Shown here in pieces: positions 54,346 to 63,775 of a DNA stretch of 64,000 nucleotides (position 1 is the stretch's first letter; each line of letters begins with the position of its first letter). The notes under the pieces are model-generated. The model was not told the DNA's origin and made no database searches. It saw only the letters and a program-made list of their open reading frames with translations. Made by a program: the position numbers and the translations under genes. This DNA is from an uncultured bacterium (lineage in GTDB: Bacteria > T1Sed10-126): positions 5,848 to 69,847 of the forward strand of contig CAZVWJ010000002.1 of assembly GCA_964631325.1 (NCBI GenBank), in the 5' to 3' direction.

Positions 54346-55869
54346 CTACTCACTGAATACCTGGGCCTGAAAAGTGTAAATTTTTGTCGCCGGATTTTTC
54401 CAGCACTTTATCTCCAAACCCGCCTTGCTGTGACAGAGGTGGGCGAGAAATTCCCGCTTGTTCCAGCCGGTCTCCTCGGCTACCTGGGGAAGGTAAACTC
54501 CCCGGTTGCCGCCCCGGATCACCATCACTCCATCCCGGCCCGGTTTAACCCGGGCCGCAGAATCCACTTGCTTCATCGGAGTTAACACGGAAATTTCAAT
54601 TTTCAGCTCGGATAGTTCTTCCGCAGTAACGGGATTACTGCGGAACCTCGGGTCCCGGGTTGCCTTGATCGCCATCTCCCGAACCGCTTTCCAGAGCGGG
54701 CGGCGGGCTCGCATCTCACCTATACAGCCCCTCAGTTGACCGTTATCTTTTCGGCGCAAAGTGACAAAAACTCCACGTTTTTCATTTAATTTTTCCTTCT
54801 GAATGGTCACCTCCGGCCGCTGGTTATGAGCCAGCCAGGCCCGAAGAGTTGAACGGGCCAGCGCCAGCATCCGCTTCTGCTCAGTTTGATTTAACCACCC
54901 CCGTCCGGCAACGGCAGATCCCCGTTTTTTCGGCTTTCCGTTTTTATCTACCAGGGCAACGGCGCCGTAGCCCACGACCTTTTTCCGTTTGCCGACAATA
55001 TCACCGGAGTTGGCATAACGGAGCGGAACTGCCTCCACAGAACCAAGCAACCGGGCAAGTCGGACCGCAGTGAGCACCCCCCGCAGACCACAGAAAATAC
55101 CCCCCCGCCCCTGGCGAAGTGTCTTTTCGGCCCACCGGTCCAGTTTCTTCACGGACAATTTCTCAAGCGTCCGGAGCGTCTTTTGATCAATTTTCTTAGC
55201 CTGCTCATAAGGTAGATAATGGGACATATCGGTAGAAATTAGGAGAAGCACATCCTCCGAACGAATGATTTCAGTCAGCACAGTAGCTAGTTTTTGCGAT
55301 AATTTTGTCCCCTGCCCGGAAACTACGGGAACAATCTTAAATTGGTCCAGCGTCTGCTGGAGAAAAGGCAACTGCACTTCCAGGCTATGCTCCCGGCTGT
55401 GAGCGGTCTTAACAAATTCAATGGCAGTGTCCGCCCGGAGAAGGCGCCGGGCCATTTCTGAATCCACCTGGACACTGCCCAGCGGCGTTTCCCACCGTCC
55501 CCGCGGCCAGACTGAGATGCCAGAAAATCGTTTCCGGTGCGAGGGGCCAAGTAAAATTACAGTTTTATAACTGCGATCTTTCAGTTGCCGATAAGCCCAG
55601 CCGCTTACCGGCCCCGAATACCGGTAACCGGCATGGGGAACGATTAACCCGATCAACCGGCCCTTCAACTGCTGATTCCTGGCCCGACCAAGATAACCGG
55701 TAATTTTTCGTTTTAATTGGTCTGGAGCCGCCGGATAAAACTTGCCCGCAAACACTGCCGGCCGGGTATATTTATCATTCTCCGGTGCGGCGCCACGGCA
55801 ACCGGCAGTTACCAGGAGAAAACTACAGCTCAGCACTAACAGCCAGAGTTCACTTTTTTGAAGCCGCAT
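54346..55869 (-). CDS. AmmeMemoRadiSam system fusion protein: Memo-like (protein B) + AMMECR1 domain, with N-terminal signal/lipoprotein-like leader
   Basis: Leader MRLQKSELWLLVLSCSFLLVTAGC. Memo motif GLIVPHAGYRYSGPVSGWAY...DMSHY. AMMECR1 core GVFVTLRRKDNGQLRGCIGEM. Confidence 0.8.
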   Translation of the reverse strand: MRLQKSELWLLVLSCSFLLVTAGCRGAAPENDKYTRPAVFAGKFYPAAPDQLKRKITGYLGRARNQQLKGRLIGLIVPHAGYRYSGPVSGWAYRQLKDRSYKTVILLGPSHRKRFSGISVWPRGRWETPLGSVQVDSEMARRLLRADTAIEFVKTAHSREHSLEVQLPFLQQTLDQFKIVPVVSGQGTKLSQKLATVLTEIIRSEDVLLLISTDMSHYLPYEQAKKIDQKTLRTLEKLSVKKLDRWAEKTLRQGRGGIFCGLRGVLTAVRLARLLGSVEAVPLRYANSGDIVGKRKKVVGYGAVALVDKNGKPKKRGSAVAGRGWLNQTEQKRMLALARSTLRAWLAHNQRPEVTIQKEKLNEKRGVFVTLRRKDNGQLRGCIGEMRARRPLWKAVREMAIKATRDPRFRSNPVTAEELSELKIEISVLTPMKQVDSAARVKPGRDGVMVIRGGNRGVYLPQVAEETGWNKREFLAHLCHSKAGLEIKCWKNPATKIYTFQAQVFSE

Positions 55870-56878
55870 TTTTCTGCAGGTCCTCCTGCCAGATTCCCGG
55901 AATTTTTTTACCGCTAAATTTACTTTTGCCGTCTTTAAGATTATTTTCCAGGAGAGTATAACCCCGGCGGCGAATCAAAAGTTTCCCCGTATAAGGAGAA
56001 TACGTGCTCTCTGCCTTATGCCCCGGCACATTGCCGACATAAACATAATTGAGGCCAACCTCGCGGGCGATCTCTCGGGCTCGCTCCAGAGACTTGATCG
56101 GAGTCGGTGGATGTTGCTTCAACTTATACTGCGGATAGAAACGGGCAAAATGAAGCGGGACATTGGGACCAAGATTCTTCTTAATCCACTCACACATCCG
56201 ACGGATAGTCTTCGGACTGTCATTTTCCGTCGGAATAATTAAATTAGTCAGCTCCAGCCACGCCCCTTCCTCCTTGATAATTTTTATCGCTTTCAAGATC
56301 GGACCCCTTCGCCCGGCGCTCATTTTGCGATAAAAACCTTTATTGAATCCTTTTAGGTCAACGTTAAACGCATCTACGTATTTCGTCAAACGACGCAAAG
56401 GTTTTGGATTGATAAATCCGCAGGAGTGAACCACATTAAGAATCCCGGCCTTTTTTGCCAGTTTTGCGGTCTCCAGCATATATTCGTAGAAGATTGTCGG
56501 CTCCGTGTAAGTATAAGCGATTGCCGGACAATCTTTTTTCTGGGCCAGCTTAACAATCTGCCGGGGAGAAAGGCGGTAAGCCCGTTTTTTGGCCGGATCG
56601 GCCTGGGAAATCTGCCAGTTCTGACAGAACTTACAGCGTAGGTTACAGCCAGCAGTCGCAATCGACAGCGCTCTTTCGCCGGGAAGAACGTGAAAAAACG
56701 GTTTCTTCTCAATCGGATCAACGTGGACGGCAACCGGCCGGCCATAAGTTAACGTATACAACGTACCTCCGATATTTTTCCGGGCCCCGCACAAACCCGT
56801 CTCTCCTTCTTTCAGGAGGCAGCGATGAGGACAGAGATTGTCCCGCACCCGGTTATTCGACAATTTCTCGTAAAACAT
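55850..56878 (-). CDS. AmmeMemoRadiSam system radical SAM enzyme
   Basis: N-terminal Cys pair (CPHRCLLKEGETGLC), the CNLRCKFC (CX3CX2C) radical-SAM cluster motif and a PflA-like architecture. Its stop overlaps the Memo-AMMECR1 start. Confidence 0.85.
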   Translation of the reverse strand: MFYEKLSNNRVRDNLCPHRCLLKEGETGLCGARKNIGGTLYTLTYGRPVAVHVDPIEKKPFFHVLPGERALSIATAGCNLRCKFCQNWQISQADPAKKRAYRLSPRQIVKLAQKKDCPAIAYTYTEPTIFYEYMLETAKLAKKAGILNVVHSCGFINPKPLRRLTKYVDAFNVDLKGFNKGFYRKMSAGRRGPILKAIKIIKEEGAWLELTNLIIPTENDSPKTIRRMCEWIKKNLGPNVPLHFARFYPQYKLKQHPPTPIKSLERAREIAREVGLNYVYVGNVPGHKAESTYSPYTGKLLIRRRGYTLLENNLKDGKSKFSGKKIPGIWQEDLQKNAASKK

Positions 56879-57003
56879 TGCCTCGCGGCGGGGGGTTATT
56901 TTCGGCGGAGCACTGCGGGAATACTGATACAGAGGATAGATTATAAAACCGGCCAGGAGAAAAATAATTACCGTGGAAATGATGATTTTAGTCCGGTCGA
57001 TAG

Positions 57004-59364
57004 TTAAAACCTCCAGACGGTAAACACGAGAATTAAACTGCCCGCTTTTATTATAGCAAGCAAAGTAAAAGTTTGCGCAAGACCCAGTAATGGCAACAAA
57101 ATTACCGGGACTAAAATTCCGGCAAACCAGCCGCCGAGTAAATCGGCACCATAAAGCAAACCTGACGTTGAGCCAACCGTCCCTCCCCCGGTTAAAATAA
57201 GCTGGTTGGCGAGGGGGAACTGGGCACCAACCAAGAATCCGCCGAGCAAAAAAAGCAAATAAAGCCAGGGACGTGGTTCGGCAAGATAAAAGGTGGAAGC
57301 ATAATTGTTTAAAAAATTAATTACCCGGGGAAAAAACAGGACAAAAAAAACAAGAGCAAGTTCCAGCAACAGATAATAACCAAAATTTTCCTGTTCACCG
57401 GGCAAAAACCCGGTTACTGTTAAGGCCCCGGCTGCCAGACCGGCCATAGAAGCGGTGAGCAATAGCCCGAGTTCGTAATAAAGTGAACCGTAAAATACCT
57501 GGAAAGCAAAGGAAAGTACGAGGGTGACCATCATGCAGATAAACCCTGAACTCAACAGCGAAAAGGAAAACACAGGACGGCGACTCCAGCCGGGCAGAAA
57601 GATTATGAAGGCCAGCAATATCAGAAATATCAACAGAAAAGTCAGGCACCCCCAGATAAAATGCTGAAAAGTAAACAAACTCAGCCGGCGGAATAGTTCA
57701 CCCAACCGTGCCCCAAACAGGCGGTCCAGGTGCTGAAAAAATTTGAACACTGCAATTGGCTTAAAATCCCGGTTCATCTGTCCATTCTTTGTTTCCAACA
57801 AGGAAGCACCGGGGGCAACAGAAGTTAACCGGTCGGCTAAGTAGCGGGAAGTTAGCACACTGGTCTGCAGTTGCCGCTTTTTCAAGCGGCGCTGAAGCTG
57901 AGAAATTGTAAGCTGTTGCAACCACTCAGCCGGCGAAGCAAGGACTAAATTTTCACTGCCGGGAATAACCCGGACTTCGGCAAAAACGGACTGTAGACTG
58001 TTGATCACCGTTCGATTCAGGGCAAGTAATTCCGGGGAGAGACGGGAAAGGGAAGCCGGCAAACGGAAAGCAAAAATACCCCGGGGAGTAAGCCGGCGCC
58101 GGACACTACGAAAGAAGCGCCAGGTAAAAAAACGGTTACTCTCCAGGTTGGCCGGAGCGGCAAGCCCGACTAAAATAACCTCGTATTTTCGTTTGGTTGA
58201 TTGAATGTACTGCCGGCTGTCCCTGGTTATTACATTAACCCGGTCGGCCCCCAGCTCTTTTTCCGGTAGTTCCCCGGGTAACTTTCGATAGGCCGTCAGC
58301 ACCAGCGGATCCAGCTCCAGGTAATCAATTCTCTTAACCGGCTGTTTGAGCAACTCATTTATCAAACCACCGGGGCCACAACCCAGCAGGGCAACCCGTT
58401 CCGGTCGGGGATGAAAAAGGAGAGGAAGATGCCCGAATTCTTCCGCTCGTACCTGGTCGGGGCCGGGTAAGCTGGTCACTGGCAAGCCGTTAAACAGAAG
58501 GGTATACTGGTCAGCCCGGCTGGTAATCATGATATTTTTATAGGGAGAATTTTTGTAATAAACAAGCTCATACCCCCGCCAGCGCCGGGCCAGGGAAAAA
58601 TCCTGCAGCCAGGCTCCCCCACCGAACAATAGAAACACCAACAGCAAAAGAGTGACCACCGTTAAACCGGTAGTCAGCCAGTTTGGAAACTGCAGATAAG
58701 TAGTCTGGACGAGAAGCAATGAAAAATCAAAAAGGGCGAGGAAAATGAGAATTTGAAATGGTCCGAAATAGGGCAGGAAAAGATAAGTTACAGCAAAACC
58801 ACCGGCAATGGCACCAACTGTTTCCCAGACATAAACCCGGCCGATACTACCTGATTTTGAATCCCGAAAATAAAAGTTAAAAACCCGGCAGGCACAACTA
58901 AAAAGACCGCCGTGAAAAAGTCTAACCAGTAATAGAATTAAAAATGAAGCGGTGAAGCTCCAGATGAAACCGACATTCTGGGCCGGAGGGACCCCGACCA
59001 GCGGCTTGGCCACCCGGGTCAGGTAAAGAACCCCGGGAAGCCCGAGAAAGAAAAGAGCATGGAGAAAAAAATAAAGGACAAATTTTGCTTTCCACTGCTC
59101 AACCAACCAGCCAAAAAGAACCGAACCGGCGGCGCCGACGAGCACCCAGTTGGCAAGGATAAATCCAACAATCAGTTCAATACTGCAGATACTGACCAGA
59201 AATTCCCGGGCCAGCAAAACTTGGACAACAATCCCACTCAAGCCGGCCCAGAAAACTGTAAAAAGAAAAAACAGGCGATTAAGCCTGTCTCTCTGCTCGG
59301 ACTTAATAAAGCAAACCAGGCTGTTTATCCTCATAGCGGGGCATGATCTCTCCGGGACCGGCAT
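57004..59364 (-). CDS. Polytopic membrane protein with embedded spermidine-synthase-like (PABS) domain (fused MFS-like/polyamine aminopropyltransferase family)
   Basis: 786 aa. N- and C-terminal TM bundles flank a PABS domain (RVALLGCGPGGLINELLKQPVKRIDYLELDP...VILVGL). The start is ambiguous (59364 or the internal Met at 59334). Confidence 0.7.
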   Translation of the reverse strand: MPVPERSCPAMRINSLVCFIKSEQRDRLNRLFFLFTVFWAGLSGIVVQVLLAREFLVSICSIELIVGFILANWVLVGAAGSVLFGWLVEQWKAKFVLYFFLHALFFLGLPGVLYLTRVAKPLVGVPPAQNVGFIWSFTASFLILLLVRLFHGGLFSCACRVFNFYFRDSKSGSIGRVYVWETVGAIAGGFAVTYLFLPYFGPFQILIFLALFDFSLLLVQTTYLQFPNWLTTGLTVVTLLLLVFLLFGGGAWLQDFSLARRWRGYELVYYKNSPYKNIMITSRADQYTLLFNGLPVTSLPGPDQVRAEEFGHLPLLFHPRPERVALLGCGPGGLINELLKQPVKRIDYLELDPLVLTAYRKLPGELPEKELGADRVNVITRDSRQYIQSTKRKYEVILVGLAAPANLESNRFFTWRFFRSVRRRLTPRGIFAFRLPASLSRLSPELLALNRTVINSLQSVFAEVRVIPGSENLVLASPAEWLQQLTISQLQRRLKKRQLQTSVLTSRYLADRLTSVAPGASLLETKNGQMNRDFKPIAVFKFFQHLDRLFGARLGELFRRLSLFTFQHFIWGCLTFLLIFLILLAFIIFLPGWSRRPVFSFSLLSSGFICMMVTLVLSFAFQVFYGSLYYELGLLLTASMAGLAAGALTVTGFLPGEQENFGYYLLLELALVFFVLFFPRVINFLNNYASTFYLAEPRPWLYLLFLLGGFLVGAQFPLANQLILTGGGTVGSTSGLLYGADLLGGWFAGILVPVILLPLLGLAQTFTLLAIIKAGSLILVFTVWRF

Positions 59365-60769
59365 TAATGTAAGTGGGGTCAGTGATTACAAAAAAACGTT
59401 TTTCTACCTGAAAATAAAAACCCGGTGGTGTCGAGGGAAACTCAACCGCAGCCGCCACATGCCCGGGAAAATCGAGACCAATCACCCGGCGATTCAGAAT
59501 TTCCCGGACCAGCCAGGTGAACATCAGTGCCCGGTCCTCGCAGTCAGAATAGGGATAATGCAGAGTTTCCACCGGAACCAGGTAGTTTTCCGAACCAAAT
59601 TGTTGAGGGTCTGTTTTATATTTAAACGCGTTCTGAACAAAATTCAGTAAAAACCTCACTGAAGTTTTGAAATTCATCCCGCGCACTTCACTCTTCAACT
59701 GCTCGACTAACCTGGTTTCAGCTCCTCCGGCTGGCAAATCTCGGAAGTAATTGCCGAGCGCCAGTTGAGGAACGGTCTTAAAATACTCAACTGCCTGCCT
59801 GTTCACCGGCACCTCAAACACGTATTTTTTACCCTGGAATTCAAAGCTAAACTGCCGGGTATCAATCCCCGCGGCTGAGACCGCAGGCTGTTTTAAACTA
59901 AATTGAAACTCCTTTTCAACCCCCCCGTAGCTATTCTGATAAGTCCGGAGAGAACCGAGTTCAGCCCGAGACTCACGGAACCGGGCAACGTAAAACCGGT
60001 GACCGTCCAGGTCAAAAAAGGGTAGCTGATAAATTCGGTCCCGGGCGGCATAAAGCAACTGTATTCGGTCTTCAGAATAGCCGACACGAACCCGGAAACC
60101 CCGTTTTAACAGAATTCCCCAGGTAACCAGCCGGGCCACGTTCTGCTTACTGTAATATTTTTCCGTCAGCCGGTTCACCAGCAGCAGCTCGCCCCAGTCA
60201 TCCAGGCCAAGCGCTGTCCGGGCCCGGGTAAGCTGATTATCCAACGACTCAAAAGGAAGCGGCGCAAAGTCCTTCCAGAAATCAGCAATCCCCTCCCGGT
60301 CAACTTCAGCCAGCGTTAATCTTGACCACCCGGACTTAAAAACAAAGGGAATTTTTTGCCCGAAGAAATTAAGCGTAACTTTTGTTTCATTCCGTTTGAT
60401 TTTATTTTTTTCCGGGGCCGTAATAACCTGCGGCTTTTTACGCTCCCTGGTTTTCTCCAATTTTTCGGAAGGCAAACTAATTTCTTCAGTTTTTATCTCC
60501 CGCGGCGCCGTGGAAGCTTTGCCCGTGGATTCCGGAATCACTTCCGGTTCCGGCACAGTATCCTCAACTTCCCCTTTCAGCAGGTTCATCTTTTTCCAAC
60601 GTTGTTTTAAAAACTTGTGAAACTTGCGGTTTCGCTCCTTTTCGAACGCCTGAATTTTTTGCCGGCGCTGGCGTTTCCAGTTCTCGAAATCAGTCTGTGC
60701 CTTCACACCCTTTACTACAAATCCACAAAAAAACAGCAACAAAATTACAAAAACAAATTTCCTGCCCAT
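59303..60769 (-). CDS. Secreted/membrane-anchored transglutaminase-like cysteine protease superfamily protein
   Basis: Start chosen at the ATG at 60769 (MGRKFVFVILLLFFC) with a GGAGGGAG RBS. Lys-rich linker. C-terminal Cys/His/Asp core (PYSDCEDRALMF...FPGHVAAAVEF...VITDPT). Confidence 0.65.
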   Translation of the reverse strand: MGRKFVFVILLLFFCGFVVKGVKAQTDFENWKRQRRQKIQAFEKERNRKFHKFLKQRWKKMNLLKGEVEDTVPEPEVIPESTGKASTAPREIKTEEISLPSEKLEKTRERKKPQVITAPEKNKIKRNETKVTLNFFGQKIPFVFKSGWSRLTLAEVDREGIADFWKDFAPLPFESLDNQLTRARTALGLDDWGELLLVNRLTEKYYSKQNVARLVTWGILLKRGFRVRVGYSEDRIQLLYAARDRIYQLPFFDLDGHRFYVARFRESRAELGSLRTYQNSYGGVEKEFQFSLKQPAVSAAGIDTRQFSFEFQGKKYVFEVPVNRQAVEYFKTVPQLALGNYFRDLPAGGAETRLVEQLKSEVRGMNFKTSVRFLLNFVQNAFKYKTDPQQFGSENYLVPVETLHYPYSDCEDRALMFTWLVREILNRRVIGLDFPGHVAAAVEFPSTPPGFYFQVEKRFFVITDPTYINAGPGEIMPRYEDKQPGLLY

Positions 60770-60864
60770 AATTACTCCCTCCGGAAGACAATTTAATTGC
60801 ACCATACAGTTTTATTTTAACTTGAACTCCACACGTTATATAATAAATAAAGGAGCTAATAAAT

Positions 60865-61764
60865 ATGGATTTTAATTTGACCGCTCAACAGACTCTCGAT
60901 CTTGTCCATCAGATTCTTACCTATCCCCTGTTTAAACTACAATCCAATCCGATTACTCTCCTGACTTTTATTATTTTAGCCCTGATTTTACTAATTTCCT
61001 ACCTTCTTTCACGCTATTTGCAGAAATTATACGAACAGCGTATTGCCAGGCGCTTTTCCCGGGGAACTGACTTTACTATCAAGCGCCTGGTTCACTACTC
61101 GGTTCTCATTCTCGGTTTTTTAATTGCCGTGGAAACAGCCGGAATTGACCTTTCCAGTCTGGCCATCATCGCCGGTTTTCTCAGTGTTGGAATTGGTTTT
61201 GGTCTGCAGAACATTACTTCCAATTTTATCAGCGGCCTGATATTGCTGTTCGAGCGCCCGATCGAGGTAGGAGATACGGTAACGGTGGGAGAACAACTGG
61301 GCACGGTGAACGCAATTAATTTACGGGCAACAGAAGTAAACACCTGGGAGAACGTGGATATAATCATTCCTAATTCAGCTTTTGTTGAACAGAACGTAAT
61401 TAACTGGTCACACGGAGAAGACAATATCCGCATTTCTTGTCCGATCGGAGTCGCTTACGGTAGTGACACTGAAAAGGTGGAAAAGCTCCTCCTGCAGGCG
61501 GCCGAGGAACAGGAAGACGTACTCGCTGATCCCGAACCGAGCGTCTTATTCAGAGAATTTGGAGATTCTTCGCTGAACTTTGAGCTACGAGCCTGGATCG
61601 CTGTGCCCCGCCTGCGACCAAAAGTAAAAAGCGAAATTAATTTCCGCATCGATGAGTTGTTCCGGGAACATGAGATCGAAATCCCCTTTCCTCAGCAGGA
61701 CGTTCACGTGCGCGACCCGGTACCAGTCGATGTTAGCCACGCTCAAAATCCTCCTCAGGAATAA
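60865..61764 (+). CDS. Small-conductance mechanosensitive channel (MscS family)
   Basis: Three TM helices, then AIIAGFLSVGIGFGLQNITSNFISGLILLFERPIEVGDTVTVG, the MscS pore-helix/beta-domain signature. Confidence 0.85.
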   Translation: MDFNLTAQQTLDLVHQILTYPLFKLQSNPITLLTFIILALILLISYLLSRYLQKLYEQRIARRFSRGTDFTIKRLVHYSVLILGFLIAVETAGIDLSSLAIIAGFLSVGIGFGLQNITSNFISGLILLFERPIEVGDTVTVGEQLGTVNAINLRATEVNTWENVDIIIPNSAFVEQNVINWSHGEDNIRISCPIGVAYGSDTEKVEKLLLQAAEEQEDVLADPEPSVLFREFGDSSLNFELRAWIAVPRLRPKVKSEINFRIDELFREHEIEIPFPQQDVHVRDPVPVDVSHAQNPPQE

Positions 61765-61784
61765 CTTTCTCCCCCCGTGGACTG

Positions 61785-62042
61785 ATGGAACAGAATGTTC
61801 ACGTATATATAATCCAGAGTAAAACAACTGAAGAATATTACTGTGACCTGACTATTGACGTTAACCACCGGCTTAAACAACATAACAGCCCGGGAGGTAT
61901 AAACTTGCCCACCGACGACAGAACCGGCCCCTGGAAGTTAATCTGGAACCGCCCCTGTAACAGCCGTGGAGCGGCAATACACCTGAAACGGATGATTGAA
62001 AATAAGGGAGTTGAAAATTTCCTTGAGAAAAGTGAAAAATAA
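61785..62042 (+). CDS. GIY-YIG nuclease superfamily small protein (UPF0213/YhbQ-like)
   Basis: HVYIIQSKTTEEYYCDLTIDVNHRLKQHN fits the GIY-YIG pattern (VYI...YY.G.T.D...RL.QHN). 85 aa. Confidence 0.55.
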   Translation: MEQNVHVYIIQSKTTEEYYCDLTIDVNHRLKQHNSPGGINLPTDDRTGPWKLIWNRPCNSRGAAIHLKRMIENKGVENFLEKSEK

Positions 62043-62112
62043 ATAAATTGTCCAAAAATTAGGCATTTCAAAGCTGAAATGTAAAACCTGCGAGGCTGGC
62101 ACCAAGGTTGGT

Positions 62113-63231
62113 TTACCGTTCGATGACGATGCGGTCGGGGGTTACTTTTTTCACAGTTCCCATGATAGAAGCGTGCTGGTAATTACTGAAGCCGGAGGAA
62201 GCCGGGCGACCAATCACTTCTCCGACGCTGACCCGTTTTCCTTCCTCTACAACGGGCACACTTTTGTTAACGGTCCCTTCAAGAGCCGGGTTGGAAATCA
62301 TCGGGATAGAAACCACATCCGGCTTAAATTCTTGCAAATAATCGGGAAATGAATCAGTTTTCCACTCCTGTGCCTCCAGGCTATTTATCCTTTGCGGCTC
62401 ATTTGGGTCCCGGTATTTTTCAACAAAGTCACGATCCGCAACCATAATCCCGTTTGTCCGCTTGGTAACTCCAAATTTCTGCGGATGAACATCTATTTCA
62501 CAGCACCAACCGGGGCCCCCGTCAAGTAAAACAAGATTCTCAGCCGGTAGAGTCCCCAGGTCCATTGCGTCAAACAGCTCAAATATCGGTGTGCCCACGG
62601 GAACTCCAAAATAACTTTGAGGTATCCGGGGACCGTAAACCACAAGCTGTTTCTGAGTTACGGGCCGGTCATTTAGAAGGGCCTGAAAAATGTTATAAAC
62701 AGTCTCCGCGTTTTGCACTAACCAGCCGTGCTCAGTGGGTAGATCATCACCGACTTGCTGGCCGGCTATCTGCCAGAGCAACACAGGTTCCTGACTAATT
62801 TCGTAACGGGGGCCGGTTAACGCGAGCACCAGGCCGTCTTCCTCCGTCACCGGTATCGGGAGATCATTAGCTTGATAAATTTTTGGTTCCAGTGTTTCTT
62901 CCAGTTTACCAAGCCATTCCCCGCGATATTTTTCCTTGGTCCCGATTGTAATCAGCCGAAAATATTTTTCCAGCAGATACTCAAAACCCTCTTTGTAAAA
63001 ATCAAGACTATTATTAACCAACCACCGATCGCCGTAGAAAACAGGTTCCCCCTCCTGCAGATTAACCAGCAAACAGTCGATAGAGTCCAACTTTTCCCAC
63101 TTAACATAAGTGGGAAAACCCGCTCCCCCTGCCCCGGTCACACCGTGTTGCTGTAATTTATTAACTATTTCTTCCGGCGTATAGTCAGGAAATTCAGGCT
63201 TTTCTCTCAATTTATAATTATCCTCCTTCAA
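62113..63231 (-). CDS. RnfC/NuoF-like protein (51K-type NAD(H)/flavin-binding fold + SLBB + C-terminal barrel-sandwich domain), no Fe-S motifs
   Basis: GVTGAGGAGFPTYVKW...LLVNLQEGEPVFYGDRWL matches the GxGGAGFPT/ECEP motifs of RnfC/NuoF/NqrA/PrdC. An SLBB-like segment (LVVYGPRIPQSYFGVPVGTPI) follows. It lacks the C-terminal ferredoxin cysteines. Confidence 0.55.
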   Translation of the reverse strand: MKEDNYKLREKPEFPDYTPEEIVNKLQQHGVTGAGGAGFPTYVKWEKLDSIDCLLVNLQEGEPVFYGDRWLVNNSLDFYKEGFEYLLEKYFRLITIGTKEKYRGEWLGKLEETLEPKIYQANDLPIPVTEEDGLVLALTGPRYEISQEPVLLWQIAGQQVGDDLPTEHGWLVQNAETVYNIFQALLNDRPVTQKQLVVYGPRIPQSYFGVPVGTPIFELFDAMDLGTLPAENLVLLDGGPGWCCEIDVHPQKFGVTKRTNGIMVADRDFVEKYRDPNEPQRINSLEAQEWKTDSFPDYLQEFKPDVVSIPMISNPALEGTVNKSVPVVEEGKRVSVGEVIGRPASSGFSNYQHASIMGTVKKVTPDRIVIER

Positions 63232-63760
63232 TACTGGAGTCTACTATCCATTCGGGTGGAACTTCAGGAGTGAGTACAACTTTCTCCGAGACCTGGTAAA
63301 ACTCACTTCCGGTTTCAGTCGGGGGAACAATCGTGAGAATTACAGGACATTTATCGTGCCTTTTTCCTACCCGTCTGGCTTCCTCCCGGGTGGTAGATAA
63401 ATGAACGTATTGCCTATTTTGAGGTTTCAAACCTTCTGTTTTAATCTGTTTCCAGGCCCCGCGAGATGTACCGTGATAAAGTTGTCCGGGATCAGAAACA
63501 GGTTGACGGTCGAGTTTTATCTCAATTGAATGTCCGTATTTAGCCCGAACCCGGCCAGCTTGAAGTTCAAATCTCTGTTGACCACTTTTTAATAACTTCT
63601 GACGCAAGTCATCGACTGTTATCTGGGACCAGCCTCGTTCACGAAGAGGTAAAATTAACTCCTCCAGGTCAACAAATCCAAATTTGTCTATTTCAAGGTT
63701 AGCTTCTCCCGGCGCGTGTCTGAGAAAATATGCCAGTGTTTTGGAAAACTTCTTTTCCAT
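63218..63760 (-). CDS. kptA: RNA 2'-phosphotransferase (Tpt1/KptA)
   Basis: LAYFLRHAPGEANLEID..GFVDLEEL and the LYHGTSRGAWKQIKTEGLKPQNRQYVHLS catalytic region. 180 aa. Its stop overlaps the RnfC-like start by 14 nt. Confidence 0.8.
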   Translation of the reverse strand: MEKKFSKTLAYFLRHAPGEANLEIDKFGFVDLEELILPLRERGWSQITVDDLRQKLLKSGQQRFELQAGRVRAKYGHSIEIKLDRQPVSDPGQLYHGTSRGAWKQIKTEGLKPQNRQYVHLSTTREEARRVGKRHDKCPVILTIVPPTETGSEFYQVSEKVVLTPEVPPEWIVDSSIEGG

Positions 63761-63775
63761 CCGGTGAGCGGAAAA

